Assembly (NCBI RefSeq): GCF_001902295.1
Contig: NZ_CP018335.1
Location: 1,852,750-1,884,749 of the forward strand
Length of the DNA stretch: 32,000 nt
Direction of reading: 5' to 3'
From: Clostridium kluyveri
GTDB taxonomy: Bacteria; Bacillota; Clostridia; Clostridiales; Clostridiaceae
Part shown: piece after piece, positions 9,301 through 17,793 of the stretch
Position numbering within the stretch: position 1 is the first letter of the stretch
How the letters are laid out: each line of letters begins with the position of its first letter
The notes under the pieces: generated by a model
What the model saw: the letters and a program-made list of their open reading frames with translations, nothing else
The model's database searches: none
What the model was told of the DNA's origin: nothing
Made by a program: the position numbers and the translations under genes

Positions 9301-12108
9301 ATGAAAGAAAAAGGTAAAAAAACTTTATCTGTTTACAGTATAATGTTACTATTGGTATTTAGTTTTATATTCTCGATAAATGTAAAAGCTGAAAATTCAT
9401 CATCAATAGGTATAAACAGGATAGGAGGAGCAGATAGATATGAAACAGCTGTAAAAATTGCCCAAGCAGGCTGGCAGTCATCTGATTATGCAATATTGGC
9501 AAACGGAGAGAATTATCCAGATGCCCTTTGTGCCGTTCCTTTAGCAAAAACTAAGGATGCTCCGGTGCTTCTGACCACAGGAAGTAATTTGAACCAGGAT
9601 TCACTGAATAAGATGAAAGAGCTAAAAGTTAAGCACGTAATTGTAGTTGGCGGAAAAGGAGCAATATCGGACAATATTATAAGTGACATAAAATCACAGG
9701 GCATATCTGATGTAGAAAGAATAGGTGGACAAAATAGATATGAAACTTCCGTAAAAATAGCTGAAAAGCTAGGGACTGTTACTAAGGCGGTTGTTACCAG
9801 CGGGGAGGGATATGCAGATGCACTTTCAGCATGTACTGCTGCGGCTATAGAGAAAATGCCAATACTTTTAACAAAGAATACCGATTTACCAGATGTAACA
9901 GCAGATTACATAAAATCAAATCCTCAAATAACCACAACTTATATAATAGGAGGAACGGGTTCTATAAGTACTTCTGTTGATAATGAACTTCAATATCAAA
10001 AGAGAATTTATGGTCTTGACAGATATGAAACAAATGCCGCAGTATTAAATGAATTTGCTTCAGATTTTGACTTCAAAAATGTTTATCTGGCACTGGGAAA
10101 TGGAGCTACAGGCAGTGAATTTGCAGATGCCCTTACTGGGGGAGCTCTAGCAGCTAAAATGAAAAGTCCTCTTGTAATAACAGGAAAAACTTTGAGTTCT
10201 GCTACAGAGAAATTTATTAAAGAAAAAATCTATAAAGACTGCAATCTTACAGTAATAGGTGGAACAGCTAATATATCTGATTCGCTGGCTCAACAAATTA
10301 GGGATTCCTCTGGGGCTTCTGAAACCTCTGAATCACCTACAGGCGGCAGCAGTAGTGGTGGAGGATCTGGAAGTTCAAGTTATAAAAATATTACTTCAGC
10401 AGTAAAAGAATATTCTTCCTATAAAGATATTGTAAGCAGTATAAACAATGGTGAATATTTTAAATTAGAAGATGATAATTCTGACACCATGAACCTACAA
10501 TTAAAAAAAGATAATGTAAATCCCATTCAAGGTGTATTTCAAAATGCTGTGGATGTATATACTAGTACAGGGACTGTAGATGAACAACAGATAAGATATG
10601 ATGTAGAAAAAGTAAATGAGGAATGGGATGTAATATATGGAAAAAATATTACCGTAAAAATTGGAGAAGATACTAAAAGTTTAAGTGCTTTTTTTGGAAG
10701 TTTAGGCTCCAAATATTTTGATAGTAATGGTAAATTAAATGCAGATATAATAGTAGAACAGGTAAATAAAAAGCTTGGAAGTGATTATGATTACGATGAT
10801 TTTAGGACAAATTTAATTGAAGGTATAAAAAACTATTTTGATAATAATTCATCATTAGAGAAGAATTCATTGCAACTTAAGATTATGGGATTGAAAGTAA
10901 ATAGCATTAAAAAAGGTACATCTACTTTGTATACTTCTACTTCTTATGGAAAAGATGCTTTAAATAAATTGATAGATATATTAATACCATCTGCAGATAC
11001 AGATATTACTGGAGTGTATACTATTTATATAGAAGGAAATAACTATATAAAAATTGATGTTAAAAATGCAGATACTGCGCAACCCGTAAAAATGGCAATG
11101 GATATTAACTATTATTTTGTAGAGAATTCAGAAGGGAAACTGGAAGTGTTTAATACATCAGATGGACAGGGAGTTAGTGTTAAATCAGGCAGTAAGGTTT
11201 ATGTACCGATGTTTGATAAAACCATTGACATACCTGGGGAAGGCGGATTGTTACAAGAACAGATAGATTGGATGACCAATAAAGAATTTTATACTTTTAC
11301 TGGAAGGGAAACTTCAGATAACTCTATGATTAAATCCATAAATCTCACAGAGGAAGACCCTGCTAAGTTTAATGAAGCGTATCCTGATGGGGATTTTAAA
11401 GCTCCGGTTCATTGTTTTGTAATAGAACTTAATGATACAGTGCCAACAGATGGTGCTCCAGTAACTTTCGATGCTGATTTTCAGGCCACAGAAGAAGGAT
11501 TAAAAGGATATAATGATCTAAATGGGGAAACAGAAGGATTGGCTTCCAGTATTAATTTTATATTCCAGGGCAAGCTTAATATAGCTTCTGCAGCACAACC
11601 TGTAAAAATGGCAATGGATATTAACTATTATTTTGTAGAGAATTCAGAAGGGAAACTGGAAGTGTTTAATACATCAGATGGACAGGGAGTTAGTGTTAAA
11701 TCAGGCAGTAAGGTTTATGTACCGATGTTTGATAAAACCATTGACATACCTGGGGAAGGCGGATTGTTACAAGAACAGATAGATTGGATGACCAATAAAG
11801 AATTTTATACTTTTACTGGAAGGGAAACTTCAGATAACTCTATGATTAAATCCATAAATCTCACAGAGGAAGACCCTGCTAAGTTTAATGAAGCGTATCC
11901 TGATGGGGATTTTAAAGCTCCGGTTCATTGTTTTGTAATAGAACTTAATGATACAGTGCCAACAGATGGTGCTGCAGTAACTTTCGATGCTGACTTTCAA
12001 GCCACAGAAGAAGGACTAAAAGGATATAATGATCTAAATGGGGAAACAGAAGGATTGGCTTCCAGTATTAATTTTATATTCCAGGGTAAGCTTAATATAA
12101 TTGATTAA
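9301..12108 (+). CDS. Secreted cell-wall-binding repeat 2 (CWB2) protein with duplicated C-terminal domain
   Basis: Signal peptide; three CWB2 repeats (INRIGGADRYETAVKIA, RIGGQNRYETSVKIAEKLG, YGLDRYETNAAV); Gly/Ser linker; tandem 172-aa duplicated region. Confidence 0.93.
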   Translation: MKEKGKKTLSVYSIMLLLVFSFIFSINVKAENSSSIGINRIGGADRYETAVKIAQAGWQSSDYAILANGENYPDALCAVPLAKTKDAPVLLTTGSNLNQDSLNKMKELKVKHVIVVGGKGAISDNIISDIKSQGISDVERIGGQNRYETSVKIAEKLGTVTKAVVTSGEGYADALSACTAAAIEKMPILLTKNTDLPDVTADYIKSNPQITTTYIIGGTGSISTSVDNELQYQKRIYGLDRYETNAAVLNEFASDFDFKNVYLALGNGATGSEFADALTGGALAAKMKSPLVITGKTLSSATEKFIKEKIYKDCNLTVIGGTANISDSLAQQIRDSSGASETSESPTGGSSSGGGSGSSSYKNITSAVKEYSSYKDIVSSINNGEYFKLEDDNSDTMNLQLKKDNVNPIQGVFQNAVDVYTSTGTVDEQQIRYDVEKVNEEWDVIYGKNITVKIGEDTKSLSAFFGSLGSKYFDSNGKLNADIIVEQVNKKLGSDYDYDDFRTNLIEGIKNYFDNNSSLEKNSLQLKIMGLKVNSIKKGTSTLYTSTSYGKDALNKLIDILIPSADTDITGVYTIYIEGNNYIKIDVKNADTAQPVKMAMDINYYFVENSEGKLEVFNTSDGQGVSVKSGSKVYVPMFDKTIDIPGEGGLLQEQIDWMTNKEFYTFTGRETSDNSMIKSINLTEEDPAKFNEAYPDGDFKAPVHCFVIELNDTVPTDGAPVTFDADFQATEEGLKGYNDLNGETEGLASSINFIFQGKLNIASAAQPVKMAMDINYYFVENSEGKLEVFNTSDGQGVSVKSGSKVYVPMFDKTIDIPGEGGLLQEQIDWMTNKEFYTFTGRETSDNSMIKSINLTEEDPAKFNEAYPDGDFKAPVHCFVIELNDTVPTDGAAVTFDADFQATEEGLKGYNDLNGETEGLASSINFIFQGKLNIID
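11077..12108 (+). repeat. Tandem duplication, 2 x 516 bp (172 aa), nearly identical at DNA level
   Basis: Offset 516 bp between e.g. GTAAAAATGGCAATGGATATTAACTATTATTTTGTAGAG at 11086 and 11602; only scattered substitutions seen. Confidence 0.95.
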
Positions 12109-12125
12109 ATATTTATAGAAAATTT

Positions 12126-12197
12126 TTAGGCGTATTTTAAAGATCTATTTTACATTTTTTAAAATCTTAAGTATCGTGAATTTCTAAATACGCCTAA
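12126..12197 (+). terminator. Structured intergenic palindrome/terminator after CWB2 gene
   Basis: TTAGGCGTATTT (12126..12137) and exact complement AAATACGCCTAA (12186..12197), with nested AAGAT/ATCTT. Confidence 0.5.
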
Positions 12198-12283
12198 AGT
12201 TATAGAATGTGTCTTTTTATATATTTATAATTGTAGTTTTTGAATTTTGAGATTTAAAATTTAAATTAAAGGGGAAATTATCT

Positions 12284-13453
12284 ATGAAAATTAACTTTGC
12301 AGCACCTAATAATGTAATATTAGAAAATAATGCTGTAAATAATATTGCTGCAGTTGTAAAACAGAAAAATGCAAAAAAGATTCTGTGTGTTTTTGGAGAA
12401 AGAATTAAAGCGACTGGTATTTCTGATATGATTATTGATACTTTAAAAAGCGAAAACGTAGATGTAATAACTTATGAGGGAGTAATTTCAGAACCTCCTA
12501 AATACATAGTAAAAGAAATTTATGAATTAGGCAGAGAAAAGCATATAGATGTCATAATAGCAATTGGAGGCGGAAGTACTATTGATGCAGCTAAAGCCGC
12601 GAATTTAATGCTAACTAATAATATGAATATAGAGGATATGTTGTTATATAAGAAGATAATTAAAAATAAAGGCAAATTTTTTATTGCAGTTCCTACTACA
12701 GCTGGTACAGGAAGTGAAGTAACTGGTGCAGCTGTTATAACTGATGAAAAACTAAAGAAAAAATTAATTCTAATTTCAAATTTTATAGTTCCAGATTTGG
12801 CCATAATTGATCCCATTTTAACATTAAAATTACCTAAAGATATAACTGTATCTACAGGTATAGATGTGTTTTCACATGCTTATGAAGCGTATACAAGCAG
12901 TAATGCTAATGATATGTCAGATACTCTAGCACTAAGAGCATTTAAAATTGTAGTGGATACATTACCCCAACTTGTTGATGATTTAAATAATGAAATTTTT
13001 AGAGAAAAAATGAGTTATGCGAGCATGTTGGCTGGCCTAGCTTTAAATGGGGCAGGATCTGGTATGGGACATACCATAGCACATTCCATAGGTGCTAAAT
13101 GGAATATAGCTCATGGGTATGCTTGTGCACTGGCATCGCCGGAATCTATTAAAAACTTGGCCTTGTATATCCCACATAAAGCAGAAAAATTACTATATAT
13201 ACTGAATGACAGTACACAATATGAATCCTTGGGAGAAGAATTAAGTGAACAATTTATGAAGTTTAATGAAAAAGTAGGGGTACCTAACATTGAGGAATTA
13301 GGGATAGATTCCTCCAAAAATTTAGATATAATAAATTCTATAGCAGATGATGTGATTAATATGACGGCTTTATTTGGAGGAGATATTACACAGATAGATA
13401 AAAACAAAATAATGGAACAATATTCATTAATATTAAATAGGATAATTTTTTAA
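12284..13453 (+). CDS. Iron-containing alcohol dehydrogenase family protein
   Basis: GGGSTIDAAKAANL, PTTAGTGSEVTGAAVI, HAYEAYTSS, GAGSGMGHTIAHSIGAKWNIAHGYACA. Confidence 0.92.
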   Translation: MKINFAAPNNVILENNAVNNIAAVVKQKNAKKILCVFGERIKATGISDMIIDTLKSENVDVITYEGVISEPPKYIVKEIYELGREKHIDVIIAIGGGSTIDAAKAANLMLTNNMNIEDMLLYKKIIKNKGKFFIAVPTTAGTGSEVTGAAVITDEKLKKKLILISNFIVPDLAIIDPILTLKLPKDITVSTGIDVFSHAYEAYTSSNANDMSDTLALRAFKIVVDTLPQLVDDLNNEIFREKMSYASMLAGLALNGAGSGMGHTIAHSIGAKWNIAHGYACALASPESIKNLALYIPHKAEKLLYILNDSTQYESLGEELSEQFMKFNEKVGVPNIEELGIDSSKNLDIINSIADDVINMTALFGGDITQIDKNKIMEQYSLILNRIIF

Positions 13454-13584
13454 ATTGATTTATCTAAATGGGGCAATTAGCCAATACTTCCATGTTATTC
13501 AAAGGTTTATTCAAAAAAGTGGTTTTATTATATTCAAAAATAAGGTAAAGTTGAAATATGTAGAAATATGTTGTATTATTTTAC

Positions 13585-13659
13585 TTTACTGATAATATTT
13601 TCAGTGATATAATTTAGCATGTATTGATAATGACATTCATTATCAATACATGCTAAATT
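13585..13659 (+). promoter_or_regulatory. Candidate Fur-regulated promoter embedded in a ~22-bp-stem palindrome
   Basis: TTTACT (13585..13590) - 17 bp - TATAAT (13608..13613); GATAATGACATTCATTATC (13626..13644) matches 17/19 of the textbook Fur box GATAATGATAATCATTATC; arms 13611..13632 / 13638..13659. Confidence 0.6.
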
Positions 13660-13845
13660 TATTTTTACAAAAAGTAAATTTAAAGAATTAATTGGCGAAT
13701 TGTCTTTTTAAATAAGCAGAAAGACCAACTATAATAAGTCAAGTACTTTTTAAAAAGAAGTTATATTAAGTTTATGATTTTAAAAACTGTATGACAAAAA
13801 GACTTGCACTGCTACAAGTTTGAAATGGTTATAATTGCAAAAAAA

Positions 13846-15030
13846 TTATGAGGTTTCTTTAATCTCATAAGGTTTATTGTTTTTTAGAACAGCATAAGTG
13901 ATATGGCATAGTTTTCTGGAAACTGCACCAATACAGGTTAAATGATGTTTGCCTTCGACTCGTTTTTTCTGGTAGAAGGCATTTAAAACAGGATCATTGA
14001 ATGCAGCTACTAACGCAGCCTGGAACAAAGCTTTACGCAAGTAAGGCGAACCTCTTTTACTCATAACATTATGTATGTTTTCATATTCTCCTGATTGAGA
14101 AACAGAAGCATCAATACCAGCATAGGCAACGAGCTTTTTTGGTGAATCAAATTTATTAATATCACCTATTTCACCTAGTATTGTGGCACCAGTAACAGGA
14201 CCAATTCCTGGAATTGTTGTAATAGGTGATTCTAAAGAAACCATAAGTTTTTTGATTTCAGTTTCGGTATCTTTTACCTGCTGTTCAATGAAAGACATCT
14301 GCTCAATTAGAGCTTTTAGCTGGAAGGAGAAACTATCCTTGCAGAAGGTAATACCAAAGGAATTGGAGGCAGTTGATTTTAACTTTTCAGCTTTTGCGTC
14401 ACCTATTTTCTTGCGACTTAGTTCTGCAAGAAGTTGTGCCAGAGTATCAGCAGAAATAGATTCAAAATCGCTGGGTGAAGAGAACTGTAAAAGAATCTCT
14501 TTTGAGGTCTTACCAAATATGTTTGAAAAAATAGATTGATATTCAGGAAATACCTGATCAAGGACACAAATAATTTTTCGCTTTAAATCGGAAATGGATG
14601 ATACTAAGTATCCACGGAATCTCGTTAAGGTTCTTAAGGAAAAAATGGTTTCATCAGAAAGCACTGTTTCAACAAAAGAGCCGTAGCGTATTAAGTCTGC
14701 GATTAAAATAGAGTCAATAGTGTCATTCTTTCTTTTACGGATTTCAGTACCTTTACGCCATCCATCTGTTTGAATTGGATTGATGACATGAATAAGGAAA
14801 CCTTTATCGTATAAAAAAGAATAAACGGCTAACCAATAGTGCCCAGTTGCTTCCATACCAATTTCGAAATTAGCAGGATTATCAGAATGGCTGGTAAGCT
14901 TAGAAAATAAGGCTTCGCCACCCTCAGAAGTATTAGGAAAAGAAAATGCCTTGAATGCAATCTTACCTGCATCATCCATCATGGAAGCAACATGATTATT
15001 TTTACCAATATCAATACCTAAGTAAAACAT
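13846..15030 (-). CDS. IS110-family transposase
   Basis: N-terminal DEDD-type start (LGIDIGKNNHVASMMD), EATGHYWLAVYSFL, C-terminal GIGPVTGATILGEIGDINKF...GIDASVSQSG...MSKRGSPYLRKALFQAA. Confidence 0.95.
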   Translation of the reverse strand: MFYLGIDIGKNNHVASMMDDAGKIAFKAFSFPNTSEGGEALFSKLTSHSDNPANFEIGMEATGHYWLAVYSFLYDKGFLIHVINPIQTDGWRKGTEIRKRKNDTIDSILIADLIRYGSFVETVLSDETIFSLRTLTRFRGYLVSSISDLKRKIICVLDQVFPEYQSIFSNIFGKTSKEILLQFSSPSDFESISADTLAQLLAELSRKKIGDAKAEKLKSTASNSFGITFCKDSFSFQLKALIEQMSFIEQQVKDTETEIKKLMVSLESPITTIPGIGPVTGATILGEIGDINKFDSPKKLVAYAGIDASVSQSGEYENIHNVMSKRGSPYLRKALFQAALVAAFNDPVLNAFYQKKRVEGKHHLTCIGAVSRKLCHITYAVLKNNKPYEIKETS

Positions 15031-15055
15031 AATATCACACCTTTAAAAGAGTATT

Positions 15056-15230
15056 TTAGATTGGGAATCCCCTTATCTAGTAAGCGTCACTACCTCGTGA
15101 TAAATACGAAGAAATACCAAATGGTATTCAACATCCAACTCATTCGCGAACTGCTTATTAGAAAGAGGTATCAGTCTTTCGAGTACGAGTTCTAAGACTC
15201 AAGGAGAAAGCGATAATCCTCTCAATCTAA
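15056..15230 (-). ncRNA. Candidate IS110 bridge-type noncoding RNA upstream of the transposase
   Basis: ~175-nt noncoding segment 5' of the transposase bounded by TTAGATTG (15056..15063) / CAATCTAA (15223..15230); several internal complementary segments. Confidence 0.5.
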
Positions 15231-15427
15231 TAAAACAATTATCTCTCAATTAGAGAGAAAACTAAAGAATAGGTTATAGGTTTTCCTAATGAAATAACCT
15301 AAATATATTATACGAGTATTCCTGTAATAAAGAGTTTTAGACTTTGAATGAAATAAAAAAACCTGATATAAATATATTGTGTCACTTGCAAGAAGACAAC
15401 AACAATCTATATCAGGAGGAAAACAAT

Positions 15428-16693
15428 ATGAATAATCGAATTATAGTTCCTAACACATTAATATTAGGGATAGACATAGCAAAGGAAAATCACTATGGTC
15501 AATTTGTAGTAAATGGTGAATATATAAAAAAGCCGTTCCTTATAAAGAATACCAGAGAATCTTTCGAATGTCTATTAGATTCAATCAGACAATTAAAGGC
15601 GAAATATAACTTAGATTATGTATTAGTAGGAATGGAGCCAACAGGTCACTATTGGAAGAATCTTGCTTACTACTTAAAAAGTCAAGGGATAGAGCTATGC
15701 TTGGTCAATCCATATCATGTTAATAAAATTAAGGAGCTTGAAGATAATAGTCCAACTAAGAATGACAAAAAAGATGCCAAGATTATTTCTAAACTTATAT
15801 ATCAAGGTCAATACCTAAACTGCATGTTTGAGGAAGAACTCTACGTAAATCTTCGATTATGCAGCAACAATAGGCAAGAGCTAAAAAAACAGTTTATCTC
15901 AGAAAAAGTAAGACTAATAGCGCTATTAGATGAATACTTTCCAGAATTTAAAAAGATGTTTTCAGATATCTTAGGAAAGTCCGCTTTATGTATACTGAAA
16001 ACATGTCCTTTCCCACAAGATATAGTGAATATAGGAGTTTCTGAGCTTACTCAAAAGCTTCTAGATGCTACACATAATCGTGTTGGATTTAAGAAAGCAG
16101 AGCTGGTTTTTAATGCAGCTAAAACTTCAATAGGAGTGCCTGTAGGGCTTGAAGGGGCCAGATATAGATTAAGGCTTATTTTAAGGCAATTAGAAGCTTT
16201 ACAAAAGGAACTAGATGATGTGGAAAAGCTCATGGAAGAATATCTTTTGCAGACAGGTTATTCAGAATATTTACTTAGCATAAAAGGTGTAGGCATAGTA
16301 ACAGCTGCGGGTTTTCTAGCTGAAATTGGAGACATATCAAAATATGACAGCTATAAGCAAATACAGAAAGTGGCAGGACTTAACTTGAAAGAAACCAGCT
16401 CTGGCATGAAAAAAGGTAAAACTAAAATTAGTAAAAGAGGTCGTTCAAATTTAAGAAATATTCTATATCAGGCAGCAACTGTTATGGTAGCTAAGAATAC
16501 TGCATTTAAAGAAATATATACCCATTTAACGAAAAGACAGGAAAATCAATTAACCGGAAAACAAGCAATAGTTGCACTAAGTGTAAGACTTATAAAAGTT
16601 ATGTACACTTTATGCAAGAAAAAAACAACATATACACATGACAAAGTTCATGGGTTGACAAGTTATGGTATATTGAAATTTATAGTTCTTTAA
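15428..16693 (+). CDS. Second, divergent IS110-superfamily transposase
   Basis: LGIDIAKENHYGQFVVNG, GMEPTGHYWKNLAYYL, NDKKDAKIISKLI, SIKGVGIVTAAGFLAEIGDIS, GLNLKETSSGM, SKRGRSNLRNILYQA; RBS aggagg before ATG 15428. Confidence 0.94.
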   Translation: MNNRIIVPNTLILGIDIAKENHYGQFVVNGEYIKKPFLIKNTRESFECLLDSIRQLKAKYNLDYVLVGMEPTGHYWKNLAYYLKSQGIELCLVNPYHVNKIKELEDNSPTKNDKKDAKIISKLIYQGQYLNCMFEEELYVNLRLCSNNRQELKKQFISEKVRLIALLDEYFPEFKKMFSDILGKSALCILKTCPFPQDIVNIGVSELTQKLLDATHNRVGFKKAELVFNAAKTSIGVPVGLEGARYRLRLILRQLEALQKELDDVEKLMEEYLLQTGYSEYLLSIKGVGIVTAAGFLAEIGDISKYDSYKQIQKVAGLNLKETSSGMKKGKTKISKRGRSNLRNILYQAATVMVAKNTAFKEIYTHLTKRQENQLTGKQAIVALSVRLIKVMYTLCKKKTTYTHDKVHGLTSYGILKFIVL

Positions 16694-16699
16694 GAGTAA

Positions 16700-16865
16700 G
16701 GTAAAGCGCGTTCAAACCCCCATAAGGGCTTAATTGACCCAGTATACGAGGATTAATGCTAGCACCTGCTCTAAAATGCAGAACGAAGGAATGTAGAGAC
16801 ATAGATATGTACTCCGTGAGACATGGTAGGGTAAGCATTAGAGCTATATAGGTGTGTTTCCTTCA
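16700..16865 (+). ncRNA. Candidate structured noncoding RNA at the 3' end of the second IS110-type element (IS1111-like arrangement)
   Basis: Noncoding, locally higher-GC segment directly after the transposase stop, with TAATGCT (16754..16760)/AGCATTA (16834..16840) and CCCcataaGGG hairpin. Confidence 0.4.
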
Positions 16866-17044
16866 AAATATTGGAATATCACTTACACTCTTATGCACAC
16901 GTTCAACCTTCTCCATCCAGTATTACCTATATATTCAATATACTCACATATTTAAATTTAACCACTTGTTTATAAATAATGAAATTCTATGAAAATAGAA
17001 GTAAATAAAAGATAAATTAAAATTTATTGAGGTAGGAGAAAAAA

Positions 17045-17793
17045 ATGACAAAAAATATTAAACTTTTTTGTTTGCCATATGCTGGGGGCACATCTATGTA
17101 TTATATGAAATGGAAACAATATTTATGCAGCAATATTGAAGTATATCCTCTAGAAATGGCAGGAAGGGGAAAAAGATTTGGTTCAAATTTGTTTGAGAAT
17201 ATGTATGATGTTGTAAAGGATCTATTTAGTATATTAGCAAAAGAATTAGATAAATTAGGTGACTTTGAATATGCATTTTTTGGACATAGCATGGGAACTG
17301 TTATAATTTATGAACTAATGAAAAAAATAAAACAATATAATTACAAAGAACCCATACATATATTTATGTCTGGTAGAGTTCCACCTAGCTTTCAGGAAAA
17401 AAAATTATTTACAATTTAAGTTATGATGAATTTAAAAGAGAAATATCAAATTTAGGGGGAGTACCTGATGACATAATTAATAACAATGATGTATTTGATA
17501 TATTTCTCCCTATATTAAGAGCAGATTACAAAATAATCGAAACTTATAAATTTTCAAAATCCCCTAAATGGAATTTTGACATTTCAGTATTAAATGGGAG
17601 AAATGATCCAGAGGTTGAGGATTATTATATTTCTAAATGGGACATGTATACAAATAAAAAATGTAATTTTTATTTATTTGATGGAGGTCATTTCTTTATT
17701 AATGAAAATACAGTTGAAGTTGTAGAGAAAATAAATAATATTCTTATTAGAAATTTAGGAGAAAAATCTTTTTTCAAGGAGGCTAAAATTTAG
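17045..17793 (+). pseudogene. Type II (external) thioesterase, interrupted by an apparent -1 frameshift at A8 (17397..17404)
   Basis: LFCLPYAGGTSMYYMKWKQYL, FGHSMGTVIIYELM; ORF 17045..17419 stops shortly after the A-tract, while the other frame continues KIIYNLSYDEFKREISNLGGVPDDIINNNDVFDIFLPILRADYKIIETY...FDGGHFFI...KEAKI* to 17793. Confidence 0.85.

Noticed and set aside
8128-9704. Short minus-strand ORFs 8128..8370, 9085..9279, 9365..9547, 9513..9704
   Set aside because: Intergenic/antisense with no domain, RBS or conserved motif visible.
9301-12108. CWB2 protein as part of the NRPS cluster
   Set aside because: Separated by ADH and two mobile elements; only the shared upstream sequence links it to the exporter, which is reported separately as a hypothesis.
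12520-17292. Antisense ORFs 12520..12816, 13111..13407, 14183..14539, 16051..16233, 17101..17292
   Set aside because: Mirror images of ADH, IS110 and thioesterase coding sequence; explained by codon composition.
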